Notes: generated by a model from the sequence alone, not told the origin. A DNA stretch of 63,063 bases, filler included, from Methanobacteriota archaeon (GCA_024860865.1; 11 parts of 11 records of this genome joined end to end with filler, not necessarily neighbours in it); one strand, 5' to 3'; shown: positions 51,122 through 61,646, counted from the first letter of the whole stretch. Translations and numbers: made by a program.

Positions 51122-51913
51122 ATGGAAATTAGAGAAGCAATATCCAAACCGCCTATTACAATTGATAAAGATGCTAATCTTTCACATGCTTTGGAGATAA
51201 TGAAAAAAAATAACATTTCAAGATTAATTGTAATTGAAAATGGAAAGCTAGTGGGAATTATTACTGAAATAGATATAGCAAAAAAGCTCGGCTCATCGAA
51301 AGCTGGAAAAGTTTCATCCGAACGTTTGCATGTTTCGGCTGCCATGACAGAGAAGCCTATAACTATTTCATTGAATTCCAGCATTTCTGAAGTTGCACAG
51401 TTAATGTTAGAACATAGAATTAGTGGATTGCCAGTTATGGATAATGATAAAATTGTTGGTATAATCACTAGAAGTGACTTGATTAAGGCTTGCGTGGATA
51501 ATACACAGCCAATTGAACAAATTATGACCAAAAATCCAGCAACAGTTTCCGCATCTACTCGTGCTGTTCATGCAAGAAGGATTTTATTAGACAGGAAAAT
51601 CAGCAGACTGCCGGTTGTAGAAGAGGGAAAATTAATTGGCATTGTTACTGAAGAAGACTTTGCTAAATACATGGGGGCATTCAAAAAAGTTGTTCCAGAC
51701 CGATTTAAGTATTCAAGAATCAGGAAATTGCTAGTTGAGGATATAATGACTCAAAATGTCCAGTCCGTTAAACAATCTGCTACTGTAGGGGAAGTTGCAA
51801 AATTAATGCTTGATTACAGTTTCAGCGGGGTGCCAATTGTGGACAAAGATGATAGAATTATAGGTATAGTTACAAAAACTGATTTACTTAAATCTATTGC
51901 ACAAAAAAGTTGA
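51122..51913 (+). CDS. Four-CBS-domain protein
   Basis: Four CBS repeats. Confidence 0.9.
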   Translation: MEIREAISKPPITIDKDANLSHALEIMKKNNISRLIVIENGKLVGIITEIDIAKKLGSSKAGKVSSERLHVSAAMTEKPITISLNSSISEVAQLMLEHRISGLPVMDNDKIVGIITRSDLIKACVDNTQPIEQIMTKNPATVSASTRAVHARRILLDRKISRLPVVEEGKLIGIVTEEDFAKYMGAFKKVVPDRFKYSRIRKLLVEDIMTQNVQSVKQSATVGEVAKLMLDYSFSGVPIVDKDDRIIGIVTKTDLLKSIAQKS

Positions 51914-51918
51914 GTTAG

Positions 51919-53073
51919 ATGGAAAGTTCAATCCCACTTGAAGGGATTTCAGCTCTGGTTAAAATTCCAGTTTACTACCTTAAAGGTGCGCTGCAAAAAG
52001 GTTCAATTCAACTTATTACTGATTTTTTGATTCCTTACTTGAGATTTAAGAAAGATATAAAACATCTTGAGAGGGGAACCGTAATTTTTCTTGGAAATGG
52101 AATCAGTGTAATTCGTGGTTTCCCGAGGATAAGGAGAGCACTTATTTTAAGCGCTGCATTAAGGAGATACTTCAAAACAGAAGTTGCTGTTGAAGAAAAA
52201 ATGAATGGCTATAATGTTCGATTAGCAGCAATTCAAAATGGAATTGTAGCTTTAACTCGCGGCGGATTTGTTTGCCCATTTACTACTGAGAAAGCAAAAG
52301 AATTATTGCATCTGCAGGCTTTTTTCAAAGATCATCCTAATCTTACGATTTGTGCAGAGATGGTGGGGGAAGAAAGCCCTTATGTTGTTCATAAATATGA
52401 GGAAGCAGATCACTTTGGAATCTTTATTTTCGATGTTCGTGAGCACTTAACTAATAAGCCATTGCCTTTATTAGAACGCAGAAAATTAATTGAAGAATAC
52501 AATCTTCCCCAAGTTAGATTTTTTGGGATATACTATGTTAACGAAGCCAGCTCAAAAATCATGGAAATCATTAAACAGCTAAATGTAACCAACCGTGAGG
52601 GAGTTGTAATAAAAGATCCGAAGATGGAAGCTCCTCCTATAAAATATACTTGTTCAAGATCGAACGCTGGTGATTTGGAATATGCTTTTAGGTTTTTCTT
52701 TGATTATGGAAAAGATTTTTTCTTTAGCAGAGTAATTAGAGAAGGTTTTCAAGCAGTAGAGCTAAGAGAAAAAGAGCCAGAGCTTGAAAGACGAGCGTTG
52801 CAACTTGGTAAAGGCATATTGTATCCAATGGTTAATTCAATCCAAAAAGTTGCATCGGGTGAGGAAGTGGTTGAGCCAGTTGTAATCAAAGTTCGAGAAG
52901 TTGAAACTGCTGAGAACTTCATTAAACATTTAAGGCGCATGGGAGTCATAGCTGCAATCGACAGAGTTGAAGTGCAAAAAGATGGAACTAGTTTAGTTCA
53001 TTTAAAACGCATGCATCAAGCCACTACTAATAAAATTAAGGCATTTTTGGTGGGAATGGGCGGTTTAGATTAA
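51919..53073 (+). CDS. Archaeal ATP-dependent RNA ligase (Rnl3/Pab1020 family)
   Basis: RGFPRIRR, motif I EEKMNGYNVR, TRGGFVCPFTT, EGVVIKD and IKY. Confidence 0.92.
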   Translation: MESSIPLEGISALVKIPVYYLKGALQKGSIQLITDFLIPYLRFKKDIKHLERGTVIFLGNGISVIRGFPRIRRALILSAALRRYFKTEVAVEEKMNGYNVRLAAIQNGIVALTRGGFVCPFTTEKAKELLHLQAFFKDHPNLTICAEMVGEESPYVVHKYEEADHFGIFIFDVREHLTNKPLPLLERRKLIEEYNLPQVRFFGIYYVNEASSKIMEIIKQLNVTNREGVVIKDPKMEAPPIKYTCSRSNAGDLEYAFRFFFDYGKDFFFSRVIREGFQAVELREKEPELERRALQLGKGILYPMVNSIQKVASGEEVVEPVVIKVREVETAENFIKHLRRMGVIAAIDRVEVQKDGTSLVHLKRMHQATTNKIKAFLVGMGGLD

Positions 53074-53099
53074 TTTCATCAATATTTGCTCTCTAAGTT

Positions 53100-54455
53100 T
53101 TGGAGGAAAAAATTCAGTTGGTTGATCTAGCAATAAAAGGCGGAAAAATCGTTTTTCCAGATGGAATTGTTAATGCCAATTTATTAATCGATCGAGGAAG
53201 GGTCATAAAGTTAACGAAAATACTTCATCCCGCTGATAAGATTGTAAACGTTAAAAATAAGCTAATTTTACCTGGTCTTATTGATTCTCACGTTCATCTC
53301 AGGGACCCAGGACTAACATACAAAGAAGATTTTTACACGGGTACAATGGCCGCGGCAGCTGGTGGTGTAACATCAGTTTTCGACATGTCAAACAATAATC
53401 CATTAACGATCACGTTAAAGGCCTTTCAACAAAAAAGAAAAATTGCTGAAAAAAAAGCAGTTGTTGATTTTGGATTAGCCGCTGGAGTGAGTTCAAACAC
53501 ACTAGAAGAGATTCCAAAGTTAGCAAAAGCAGGAGCTATATTTTTTGGAGAAATCTATTTAGCAGATTTAACAAATTTGTTAGTTGATGAATCAACATTA
53601 GCAAAGGCACTTAAAATTATAAAAAAAGTAAATTCAATTGCTGCTATACATGCGGAGAGTGAAAATATTTGTTCTAGTTTATTTGAAATTTATAAAAAAG
53701 AAACAAAGGACCCATTACTTCATTTAAAAACTCGTCCGAATGTTGCTGAAGCCGATGCTGTTTTTAAAACACTGCTCCTCTTATCAAAGGAAAAGATAAA
53801 TACTCGAGTACATTTCTGCCACATATCTGCTCGCGAAAGCATTGAAATTTTGGAGCAAATGAAAAACAAACTGCCATTTACAGTCGAAGTAACTCCGCAT
53901 CACCTCTTGTTAACCGCTGATGATTTAAAATGTATGAAGGGGTTCGCAAAGACGAATCCACCTTTAAGATCAAAGCAAGATCAAGAAGCTCTGTGGAAAG
54001 GAATTCGAAGTGGATTAATTACTACAATTGCTTCAGATCATGCGCCACACTCAAAAGAAGAAAAAGAATCAGAGAATATTTGGAAAGTTCCTAGTGGAAT
54101 TCCCGGTCTTGAAACGATGTTAATGCTAATGCTTACCATGGTGAATAAAAAAAGGCTTAATCTCACGAAACTAGTGCAGTTAACTTCAGAGAATCCAGCC
54201 AGAATTTTCGGCCTTTATCCAAGAAAGGGGTCGCTGAAAAAGGGTTCAGATGCTGATTTAGTCATAGTTGACCTCAAGAAAAAAACCAAAATAAAAAGCG
54301 ATAAGTTCTATAGCAAGTCCAAACTCACTCCATTTGAGGGATGGATAGTCCAAGGTGTCCCAGTAATGACATTCGTTCGTGGGCAATTAGTAATGGAAGA
54401 TGGCACGGTATACGGGCAAAGGGGCTACGGCAAATTCCTCCATCCGCAAAGTTAA
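53100..54455 (+). CDS. pyrC: Dihydroorotase (multifunctional-complex type)
   Basis: DSHVHLRDPG, HAE, EVTPHHL, NPPLR, ASDHAPH and SGIPGLET motifs. Confidence 0.88.
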   Translation: MEEKIQLVDLAIKGGKIVFPDGIVNANLLIDRGRVIKLTKILHPADKIVNVKNKLILPGLIDSHVHLRDPGLTYKEDFYTGTMAAAAGGVTSVFDMSNNNPLTITLKAFQQKRKIAEKKAVVDFGLAAGVSSNTLEEIPKLAKAGAIFFGEIYLADLTNLLVDESTLAKALKIIKKVNSIAAIHAESENICSSLFEIYKKETKDPLLHLKTRPNVAEADAVFKTLLLLSKEKINTRVHFCHISARESIEILEQMKNKLPFTVEVTPHHLLLTADDLKCMKGFAKTNPPLRSKQDQEALWKGIRSGLITTIASDHAPHSKEEKESENIWKVPSGIPGLETMLMLMLTMVNKKRLNLTKLVQLTSENPARIFGLYPRKGSLKKGSDADLVIVDLKKKTKIKSDKFYSKSKLTPFEGWIVQGVPVMTFVRGQLVMEDGTVYGQRGYGKFLHPQS

Positions 54456-54913
54456 AGGCGAAACATTCCTACTCAAGGTTCTAAAAACTAATTTATTTAC
54501 CCTCAGATGGTTGCACATCTTGGGCTAAGCTTAAGATTTTTTGTCCTAGTCTAAGTCTTTTATAATTTCTAGCACGCCAGGCAGATTGCAAGACACAAAG
54601 AGAGAAAGCAAGGCTCCGGAGATATTATGAAATTTCTCTTCGGGTAAGGCTTTCTTTATCTTTATTTTTTAGTGCTCAAAATGCAAAACAACGGAAAATA
54701 TGATTTACATATTTCGATTCCGGTTGGTCTGATGTCAATTCTAATTCATCATCAATTTTTTTGCTCGTTCTTGTATGTTCCTAAAATAGCCATGTAGTTC
54801 TTAAATTCTCTCTCACTGAGCCCGACCGTTTCCCAGGCTTTTTGTTCAATCTCAATGAGCTGCCGATCTGTTAGCAAACTTTTTAATCAAAAAAGGTTTT
54901 TTCTGAGACCTAA

Positions 54914-55013
54914 NNNNNNNNNNNNNNNNNNNNNNNNNNNNNNNNNNNNNNNNNNNNTTAATTAATTAANNNNNNNNNNNNNNNNNNNNNNNNNNNNNNN
55001 NNNNNNNNNNNNN
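54914..55013. other. Artificial contig linker
   Basis: N run with TTAATTAATTAA. Confidence 0.99.
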
Positions 55014-55185
55014 CGGCGCCGGCCGCAACGTAAGCGCGGTGGATATTAAGGATCGCCTCCGGCCGGTCAAAATTTTGCGCTTCAAAGCATTCTCCCGGCC
55101 GCATCCCCTGCTCCATCAATTGCGTTCCCATGGCGCCGTCCATGACCAAAACGCGCCGCCGAATCTCGGATAGAAAATTATTCAC
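55014..55185 (-). CDS. Homocysteine S-methyltransferase (MetH-type) N-terminus, truncated and GC-rich
   Basis: VLVMDGAMGTQL...IHRAYVAAGA motif. Confidence 0.8.
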
Positions 55186-55615
55186 CCGGGAGTCTCCTCA
55201 TCACTAAAGCATCTTCACCATCGGGATAATGCCCTTTCTCCACACCAATTTCTTTAAATCCTAACTTAGAATAAAAATATTGAGCAGCTGAATTGCTTGC
55301 TTTTACTTCTAAATATACTCGCTTTGCTCCCCTACTTTTTAATCTATTTATGATATTGGTCATTAAAACAGTTCCGATGCCTTTTTTCCTATAACTGGGG
55401 TCTACTGCTATTGCTAGAATGTAACCTTCTCCTTTCCATCTAATTGTCCCAATGATACCAACTACATATCCAACTACTAGCCCATCTATTTCCGCAACAA
55501 GAAAACCAGAGGGGGTAATTCCATAATACCTCGAGAGCAATGAAAGCGGGGTTAAATGATCAATTGAGGCTTTTTCAATTTCTAAGATACTATCTCTATC
55601 TCTTAATTCATGCAT
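55178..55615 (-). CDS. rimI: RimI/Ard1-like N-acetyltransferase
   Basis: IAVDPSYRKKGIG, LEVKASN..A..FY..LGF and YPDGEDALVM motifs. Confidence 0.9.
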   Translation of the reverse strand: MHELRDRDSILEIEKASIDHLTPLSLLSRYYGITPSGFLVAEIDGLVVGYVVGIIGTIRWKGEGYILAIAVDPSYRKKGIGTVLMTNIINRLKSRGAKRVYLEVKASNSAAQYFYSKLGFKEIGVEKGHYPDGEDALVMRRLPGE

Positions 55616-55654
55616 TCTGATAATAATGGAGTTTCCGATATTGATGCACCGTTA

Positions 55655-57835
55655 TCAATATCTCTCTTTAAATTCTTCCATTAGTCTTTGATACTGTTCT
55701 AATTGTTTCGTTCCTATAGGTTTCACTTTCTTTAGCGCTTCTTCAAAATGTTTCTTTAAAATCTTAAAATCTAAGCGCCCTTGGCTATTATGGTTTATGA
55801 ATTCTCTAATAGCTAGCATAGAAGCCTCTCTACAAACAACTTCAATATCTGCACCAACATAATTTTCAGTTTGCTCGGCTAGAGCATTTATGTTTACATC
55901 GTTGTCCAAGGGCATACCACATGTATGAATCTTAAAGATTTCCTCTCTTGTTTCTCTATCTGGAGGAGGTATGTAAATTAATCTATCAAATCTTCCAGGT
56001 CTTAAAATAGCAGGGTCTACAATATCTGGTCGATTAGTCGCAGCTAATACGACGCATCCATGCAACTCTTCAAGTCCATCAAGCTCAGTTAAAAGTTGGC
56101 TGACCACTCTTTCTGTAACATGTGAATCTTCATGTTCAATCCCTCTCCTCGGGGCTATGGCATCGATCTCATCAAAGAAAATAACACATGGAGCAGCTTG
56201 TTTTGCTTTTTTAAATACTTCTCGAATGGCTTTTTCTGATTCTCCGACAAATTTTGAGAAAAGCTCAGGTCCTTTAATAGAGATGAAATTGGCTTCAGTT
56301 TGAGTTGCAACCGCCTTTGCAAGCATAGTTTTCCCGGTACCTGGTGGACCATAAAGCAGAATCCCTTTTGGAGGCTTAGTTTTAGCATACTTAAAAACGT
56401 CTGGATATTTAAAAGGCCATTCAATCGCTTCAATCAGTTCTTGTTTAGCATCTTCTAGTCCACCGATGTCTTCCCATTTAACATTTGGAACCTCAACAAA
56501 TACTTCCCTTAAAGCAGAAGGCTCAATCTCTTTTAAAGCATTTACAAAATCACTCATGGTTACTTTTAGTTTAGTAAGAACTTCAGGTGGTATTAATTCA
56601 ATTTCAAGGTCGATCTCAGGAAGCACTCTTCGCAGTGCATGCATAGCCGCTTCTTTACATAAAGCCGCGATATCAGCACCAACAAATCCGTGGGTAACAT
56701 CAGCAAGTTTTTCAAGGTCAACATTTTCAGATAATGGCATACCGCGGGTATGGATTTGAAGGATTTCTTTTCTTCCATTTCTATTTGGAACTCCAATGAC
56801 TATTTCTCTATCAAAGCGACCAGGTCTTCTAAGTGCCGGGTCAAGAGCATTCGGTCGATTGGTAGCACCGATAACTATGATTTTACCTCTAGATTCTAAG
56901 CCATCCATTAATGCAAGCAATTGGGCAACAACTCTTTTTTCAACCTCACCAGTAACTTCTTCTCTCTTTGGTGCAATTGCATCAAGCTCATCAATAAAAA
57001 TTATACTTGGAGCAAGCCTATTCGCATCATCAAAAATTTCTCTAAGCCTAGCCTCGCTTTCACCATAATACTTGTTTATTATTTCTGGTCCATTGATATC
57101 TATGAAATGTGCATCAGTCTCATTGGCAACAGCTTTAGCAATCAGGGTTTTGCCAGTTCCAGGTGGTCCGTGCAGCAATACTCCCTTAGGAGGCTCAATC
57201 CCAAGTTGTTTAAAGACCTCTGGATGCCTTAAAGGCAGCTCAATCATTTCTCTGATTTTTTGGATTTCATTGTGGAGTCCTCCGATATCTTCATAAGTTA
57301 TTGCAATTCTTTCTGCGACTTCAGCAGGTTTTTCACTTATTTTAATGATTGTATCAGAGCAAACAAGTAAAGCCTCTGCTTTAGGTTTCAAATCAATAAC
57401 AACGAGTTGAACAAATGATCCGAAAAAATTTATTCGTATTTTATCTCCTTCAACTAAAGGTAAGCCCTCCAGTAAACTTTTAACGCTTTCTGAAATATCT
57501 CTTATAAATGGCGACCTAACTTGTCCAATTAAAGCTAGGATAACTTTAGCAGCTTTTTCTGCTCTAATTTTTTGAATGCGAACTCTATCATCGAGCCTTA
57601 TCTCTGCGTTGCTTCTTGTAATCCCATCAATTTGAATGATATCTTTTCCGCGATCTTGTGGATATGTAGGCATAACCTTTGCAGCTGTCTTTCTTTTGCC
57701 AATGATTGCAATTACATCTCCTGTTTGTAATCCAATTGTTTTCATATCTTCCGGATCTATTCTAGCTATTCCTCTGCCAACGTCTCTTGCGGTCGTCTCA
57801 GTTACTCGAAGAACTAATTCGGTATTAGTTAACAT
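55655..57835 (-). CDS. cdc48: Cdc48/VAT AAA+ ATPase
   Basis: N-domain [10 protein letters not shown]; two AAA modules ([23 protein letters not shown]). Confidence 0.96.
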   Translation of the reverse strand: MLTNTELVLRVTETTARDVGRGIARIDPEDMKTIGLQTGDVIAIIGKRKTAAKVMPTYPQDRGKDIIQIDGITRSNAEIRLDDRVRIQKIRAEKAAKVILALIGQVRSPFIRDISESVKSLLEGLPLVEGDKIRINFFGSFVQLVVIDLKPKAEALLVCSDTIIKISEKPAEVAERIAITYEDIGGLHNEIQKIREMIELPLRHPEVFKQLGIEPPKGVLLHGPPGTGKTLIAKAVANETDAHFIDINGPEIINKYYGESEARLREIFDDANRLAPSIIFIDELDAIAPKREEVTGEVEKRVVAQLLALMDGLESRGKIIVIGATNRPNALDPALRRPGRFDREIVIGVPNRNGRKEILQIHTRGMPLSENVDLEKLADVTHGFVGADIAALCKEAAMHALRRVLPEIDLEIELIPPEVLTKLKVTMSDFVNALKEIEPSALREVFVEVPNVKWEDIGGLEDAKQELIEAIEWPFKYPDVFKYAKTKPPKGILLYGPPGTGKTMLAKAVATQTEANFISIKGPELFSKFVGESEKAIREVFKKAKQAAPCVIFFDEIDAIAPRRGIEHEDSHVTERVVSQLLTELDGLEELHGCVVLAATNRPDIVDPAILRPGRFDRLIYIPPPDRETREEIFKIHTCGMPLDNDVNINALAEQTENYVGADIEVVCREASMLAIREFINHNSQGRLDFKILKKHFEEALKKVKPIGTKQLEQYQRLMEEFKERY

Positions 57836-57922
57836 AAAGATCTCTCAGACATATTTAATATGATTCTTGGGACCCCGGTAATTTTTTCGAGTTCCGGTAG
57901 TGCCCGAATTTAAGTTAATTTA

Positions 57923-58624
57923 CTATTTACTCAAGTATAAGTGTACCCCATGAATGAGAGGTGGAGATAATACAATGGCCTTCGGAGATAAAATGCTCAG
58001 CCATTTACCTTTACTATTTGCGACTCCAACTGTAACAAATCCAGTTCCAGAAGTCCAAATTTCAGGAATCTCGCACTTTAGCAAATAAGTTTTGGTTTCT
58101 CTTGGAGGTAGCTGAACATCTTCACTTATCCAAAACTCCTTACCTTTTGAAGATGTAATGCGAATATGTAGTTTACTATCAGAAAGTAAAACTGTCCCTG
58201 TATTTTTGACTGTTACGGAAAAATTTAAATCTTCACCCACTCTAGCGTCAGAAATATCGAATGATATCACATCTGCATCCTCAATGGACTTGACTTTAAA
58301 GATGATTTTAAGACTGCTTTCTTTAGAAGGATCTCCCTTTGATTTCCCATTAACAATGATTGGAGTTTGATCTCCACCTAAAGCTTGTATGGGAGCTGTA
58401 ACTTTAATTGTTAAATAATAAATTTCACGCGAGTCCAGTAGTATATCAAATGGAGGAATTTTCTCAGCCGTTTTATCATAGATTTTTGCACCCCATGCCT
58501 CATGAACTTGCGAAATATCCCAAGATATTTCTATCTCATCTTTTACACTACCAACATTTTCAACAGCTAGCGTATAGGTTAATGTTTGTCCCGGTGCTAT
58601 GTCAATGGATATTTCCTCAGGCAT
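57923..58624 (-). CDS. Two-domain Ig-like (CARDB/NEW3-like) protein without a signal peptide
   Basis: Two Ig-fold signatures: PGQTLTYTLAVENVG and GEDLNFSVTVKNTG. Confidence 0.7.
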   Translation of the reverse strand: MPEEISIDIAPGQTLTYTLAVENVGSVKDEIEISWDISQVHEAWGAKIYDKTAEKIPPFDILLDSREIYYLTIKVTAPIQALGGDQTPIIVNGKSKGDPSKESSLKIIFKVKSIEDADVISFDISDARVGEDLNFSVTVKNTGTVLLSDSKLHIRITSSKGKEFWISEDVQLPPRETKTYLLKCEIPEIWTSGTGFVTVGVANSKGKWLSILSPKAIVLSPPLIHGVHLYLSK

Positions 58625-59331
58625 ATAGCCACCCCGTGCATAGGTTTAGATAATAAAATCTTCATCAAAGAAATAAGCTGGTCTGCCTCAATTCTAAAAA
58701 ATTCCACCTCCTTTTTAGCGCGATCTATGATAAGTGCAACTGTTTTTGGGTAAAGCTTTTGATAAGCAAGTTGAGTCAGTATGTCGCGCATGGACATGGA
58801 AGTTCCATTTCTCAGGTGCGAATGATACCAACCTACTACGTAGTTCTTTCCATTTCTAAGTTCTTCTGCTTTATTAGCTATTTTAACAGGGTCTAAATCC
58901 ACCGATACTGAATCTCCCTCAGCGATTGCCACGGAATTAGTAATTTGCAATTTATCTTCAGCAACCTCACCAATCAACAAACCGCCAACTTCTTTATCAA
59001 CGTATTTTTGAGCATGCGTGAAACACTTCTTAAGTACTTCTTCTTTTATTTGGAGGACTTTTGATTCAGCAAGCTTTTTTCTTAGATATACTCTTCGATT
59101 AGTCCTTTTTACACCTATACACAAAGTTAGATTATCTATATTTTGAACTCTGAGATTTTTTTCGCCCTTAAGGTTAAGTTTTTTTCCTTGGTGAACAAGT
59201 ATAACTTCTTCATCCGCATCTATTTTAAGAAAATCTACGAGACGCTGCGTGATATAGTCCAAAGTATAATCTGGATGAACCTTCAACCTCAGTGGAGTTG
59301 GATTACCGAAAGCAGGAAATATCTTGACCAT
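58597..59331 (-). CDS. Ubiquitin-like domain fused to a JAMM/MPN+ metalloprotease
   Basis: JAMM motif E (KEVGG)...HSH-x7-S-x2-D is intact. The N-terminal 75 aa look like a beta-grasp (VHPDYTL...ILVHQGKKL). Confidence 0.8.
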   Translation of the reverse strand: MVKIFPAFGNPTPLRLKVHPDYTLDYITQRLVDFLKIDADEEVILVHQGKKLNLKGEKNLRVQNIDNLTLCIGVKRTNRRVYLRKKLAESKVLQIKEEVLKKCFTHAQKYVDKEVGGLLIGEVAEDKLQITNSVAIAEGDSVSVDLDPVKIANKAEELRNGKNYVVGWYHSHLRNGTSMSMRDILTQLAYQKLYPKTVALIIDRAKKEVEFFRIEADQLISLMKILLSKPMHGVAICLRKYPLT

Positions 59332-59353
59332 TTATTTAGACTCTAATAATTTT

Positions 59354-60313
59354 TTATTTGGAAGCCACGAAAGCTAATTTTTGCGCTTCTTCAAGTCTTT
59401 TGAAAACGAGCTTTCCTCCGCAAGCCAAACATCTTGCTACAAAATTCGTGTGCGCATGCTTGCAGGTGGAGCAGATCCATATGTACATCTTATCACCTCC
59501 TTTTTCATTTTTTAACGGTTCTTTTTTATTTTTATTTAGAAAATACTCTGAAATATCTCCTTTCAAGATTTTTTGCTTGTATTCGTTTGTAGCCTCGATG
59601 CACGTCTGAAATTTTATCTGAGTATCCTTTCTGGTGATATAGTTAAGCATAGCCTTCAACATTAGGATATACCCTGCTCTTCCAACACAAGTAGGATGCA
59701 TTAGCAACAAAAAGTAGGACTCTCCAGTATTGATTGCACTCCGACAGGCGCAATCAAATCTTCTCATCCAAGCCAACAACACAGATCTTACTCCTATTTT
59801 GTAGGCAGCTGAATCGAAATCTCCACAATTCATTGGAAAAACAACTATATCATTCTTCAAAAAAGGTTGGAAATTAAATTCTTTTTGTGAGCTATCGTAA
59901 AAGAAATCAAGTTTTTTTAATGATATATAAAGAGCTTCATTCCAAAGCATGTTAGGGGCTCTAAATCCTTTTGGATCAAAATTAGGAATAATTTCGCGTA
60001 TCATGCTAATAGCATTTTGTATTCTTGTGATTTGTGTTTGAGTCTCATGTAAAAAATGTAAAATTTTAGGATTTTGCTGAGTGCCATAACCAAAGTGGAA
60101 ATCACTGTGGACTGCGAGTTCAAATCCATTTTCACTTAGTAACTTAATGCTCTCTGGATATCTCAATGCAGTTTCGGCATCTAGGAAGAAAGTTGCTGGA
60201 AAGCCATTAAGGATATTCATAATCCTCTCAATTTTGCCATTAAGATCCCCGAAGTATTCATATTCCTCTACATCAAAGGTAAGCAATAAATGTATTAACG
60301 GTTTCTCAGTCAT
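59354..60313 (-). CDS. Polysaccharide deacetylase (CE4/NodB) with a C-terminal zinc ribbon
   Basis: LTFDVEE, ATFF, ELAVHSDFH, GFRAP, YDSS and LMHP motifs; tail CSTC...CLACGG. Confidence 0.85.
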   Translation of the reverse strand: MTEKPLIHLLLTFDVEEYEYFGDLNGKIERIMNILNGFPATFFLDAETALRYPESIKLLSENGFELAVHSDFHFGYGTQQNPKILHFLHETQTQITRIQNAISMIREIIPNFDPKGFRAPNMLWNEALYISLKKLDFFYDSSQKEFNFQPFLKNDIVVFPMNCGDFDSAAYKIGVRSVLLAWMRRFDCACRSAINTGESYFLLLMHPTCVGRAGYILMLKAMLNYITRKDTQIKFQTCIEATNEYKQKILKGDISEYFLNKNKKEPLKNEKGGDKMYIWICSTCKHAHTNFVARCLACGGKLVFKRLEEAQKLAFVASK

Positions 60314-60359
60314 TTTTTGCCTCTTTCAATCAAGCGATTTTTGCTTAATTCATTTGATA

Positions 60360-60459
60360 NNNNNNNNNNNNNNNNNNNNNNNNNNNNNNNNNNNNNNNNN
60401 NNNTTAATTAATTAANNNNNNNNNNNNNNNNNNNNNNNNNNNNNNNNNNNNNNNNNNNN
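60360..60459. other. Artificial contig linker
   Basis: N run with TTAATTAATTAA. Confidence 0.99.
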
Positions 60460-60856
60460 CAAACTATGGAAAAACTAAATTTATGGAAGTCAAACCTGTA
60501 AAAAAGACACAGCAAGAATTCTAAATGCAGAGAAAACAACTTCGCATTTGCTCTCTGAAGCGTCTAAAAAATTAGATGCACTTGAAGAAGCTATAAAAGC
60601 TAAAAACCAACTTTAAAAGAAAAAGCAATTCGCCCCAAAAGAAGGGTGAAACGAAAGCGCCCTAAATGATCAAAATAATTTGAGCCTTTCTTTTTCCCTC
60701 TTCATTTTCCTAAAGGTTTTTCTCAGAACGAGCTGATTCGCAACTCTTCCTCGCATGGCCTTTAATTGGTCGTTGTTAGGATTAATTTCTCAGTTAAAAT
60801 ATTTAGTAATAGTAAATGTTTTATACTCCATGGATATATGCAGTTTGGGTGAGACA

Positions 60857-61477
60857 ATAGGACTGGTTGAAATAGCGAAGGGTATTATGCTATCCCCAAA
60901 GGATACACTAGCAAAGCTCAAACCAGAGAAAGTAAGTACTAATGATTTGCTCCTCAAATATGTGGCCATTCTAGCTGTTTTACCGTTTATTGGAACGTTA
61001 ATTGGTTACTCTTTCGTTGGATTTTCTGTGGGCTGGGGTTTTGCAGCTTTCACTCTTCCAATACAATATGCTTTGATCCTTGCTATAGTTACGTATGTTC
61101 TGACCATAGCTGGAGTTTTTGTTGAAGGTTTTGTAATTAATGCTTTAGCTCCAACATTCTCAGCAAAACAAGATCAAATGCAAGCCATGAAAGTGGCTGC
61201 ATATGCAAGCACTCCCTGGTTAGTAGCTGGAATTTTAAACATTGTGCCAGTGTTGAGCATACTAGTATTGATAGCAGGCCTATATGGTTTGTACATAGCT
61301 TACTTAGGATTGCTTAGCCTGATGGAAACTCCTAAAGAAAAAGTGTTAGGTTACCTGATTGCTGTGATCGTAGTAGTTATAGTAGTGTGGGCTGTCATAG
61401 GTTTTGCTTCAAGCCGTTTAGTGTGGAGTTTTTATGCTCCACCAACTCCATTTGGTTACGGCAGATTTGGGTATTAA
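60857..61477 (+). CDS. Yip1-family membrane protein (start uncertain)
   Basis: IMLSPK, INALAPTF, KVAAYASTP and LYGLYIAYLG motifs; five transmembrane helices. Confidence 0.85.
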   Translation: MGLVEIAKGIMLSPKDTLAKLKPEKVSTNDLLLKYVAILAVLPFIGTLIGYSFVGFSVGWGFAAFTLPIQYALILAIVTYVLTIAGVFVEGFVINALAPTFSAKQDQMQAMKVAAYASTPWLVAGILNIVPVLSILVLIAGLYGLYIAYLGLLSLMETPKEKVLGYLIAVIVVVIVVWAVIGFASSRLVWSFYAPPTPFGYGRFGY

Positions 61478-61646
61478 TACCTCTTGAGAAAGCGAACGAT
61501 CACTAAAGTCACTTTTTCGTATGTGACTATATTGAGTACTACTATAGCTAACTCTAACTTGCGACTTTTATTTTAATATTTTAATAAAAATTTTCAAAGA
61601 AGAGAATTTTAAATACAACAAAGCAATAGTATCCTTTTGGTGATGC

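Noticed and set aside
54456-54913. Non-coding stretch with short broken frames after pyrC
   Set aside because: Probably gene debris; no family, RNA gene or repeat recognised.
57865-57910. GC-rich imperfect hairpin upstream of cdc48
   Set aside because: The pairing is weak and cannot be distinguished from chance.
2578-60459. Ten recurring N-TTAATTAATTAA-N blocks, and ORF tails ending in X...LIN
   Set aside because: These are artificial contig joins, not a biological repeat or CRISPR array. Adjacency across them (for example argG-argS, or the sortase and haem genes) carries no information.
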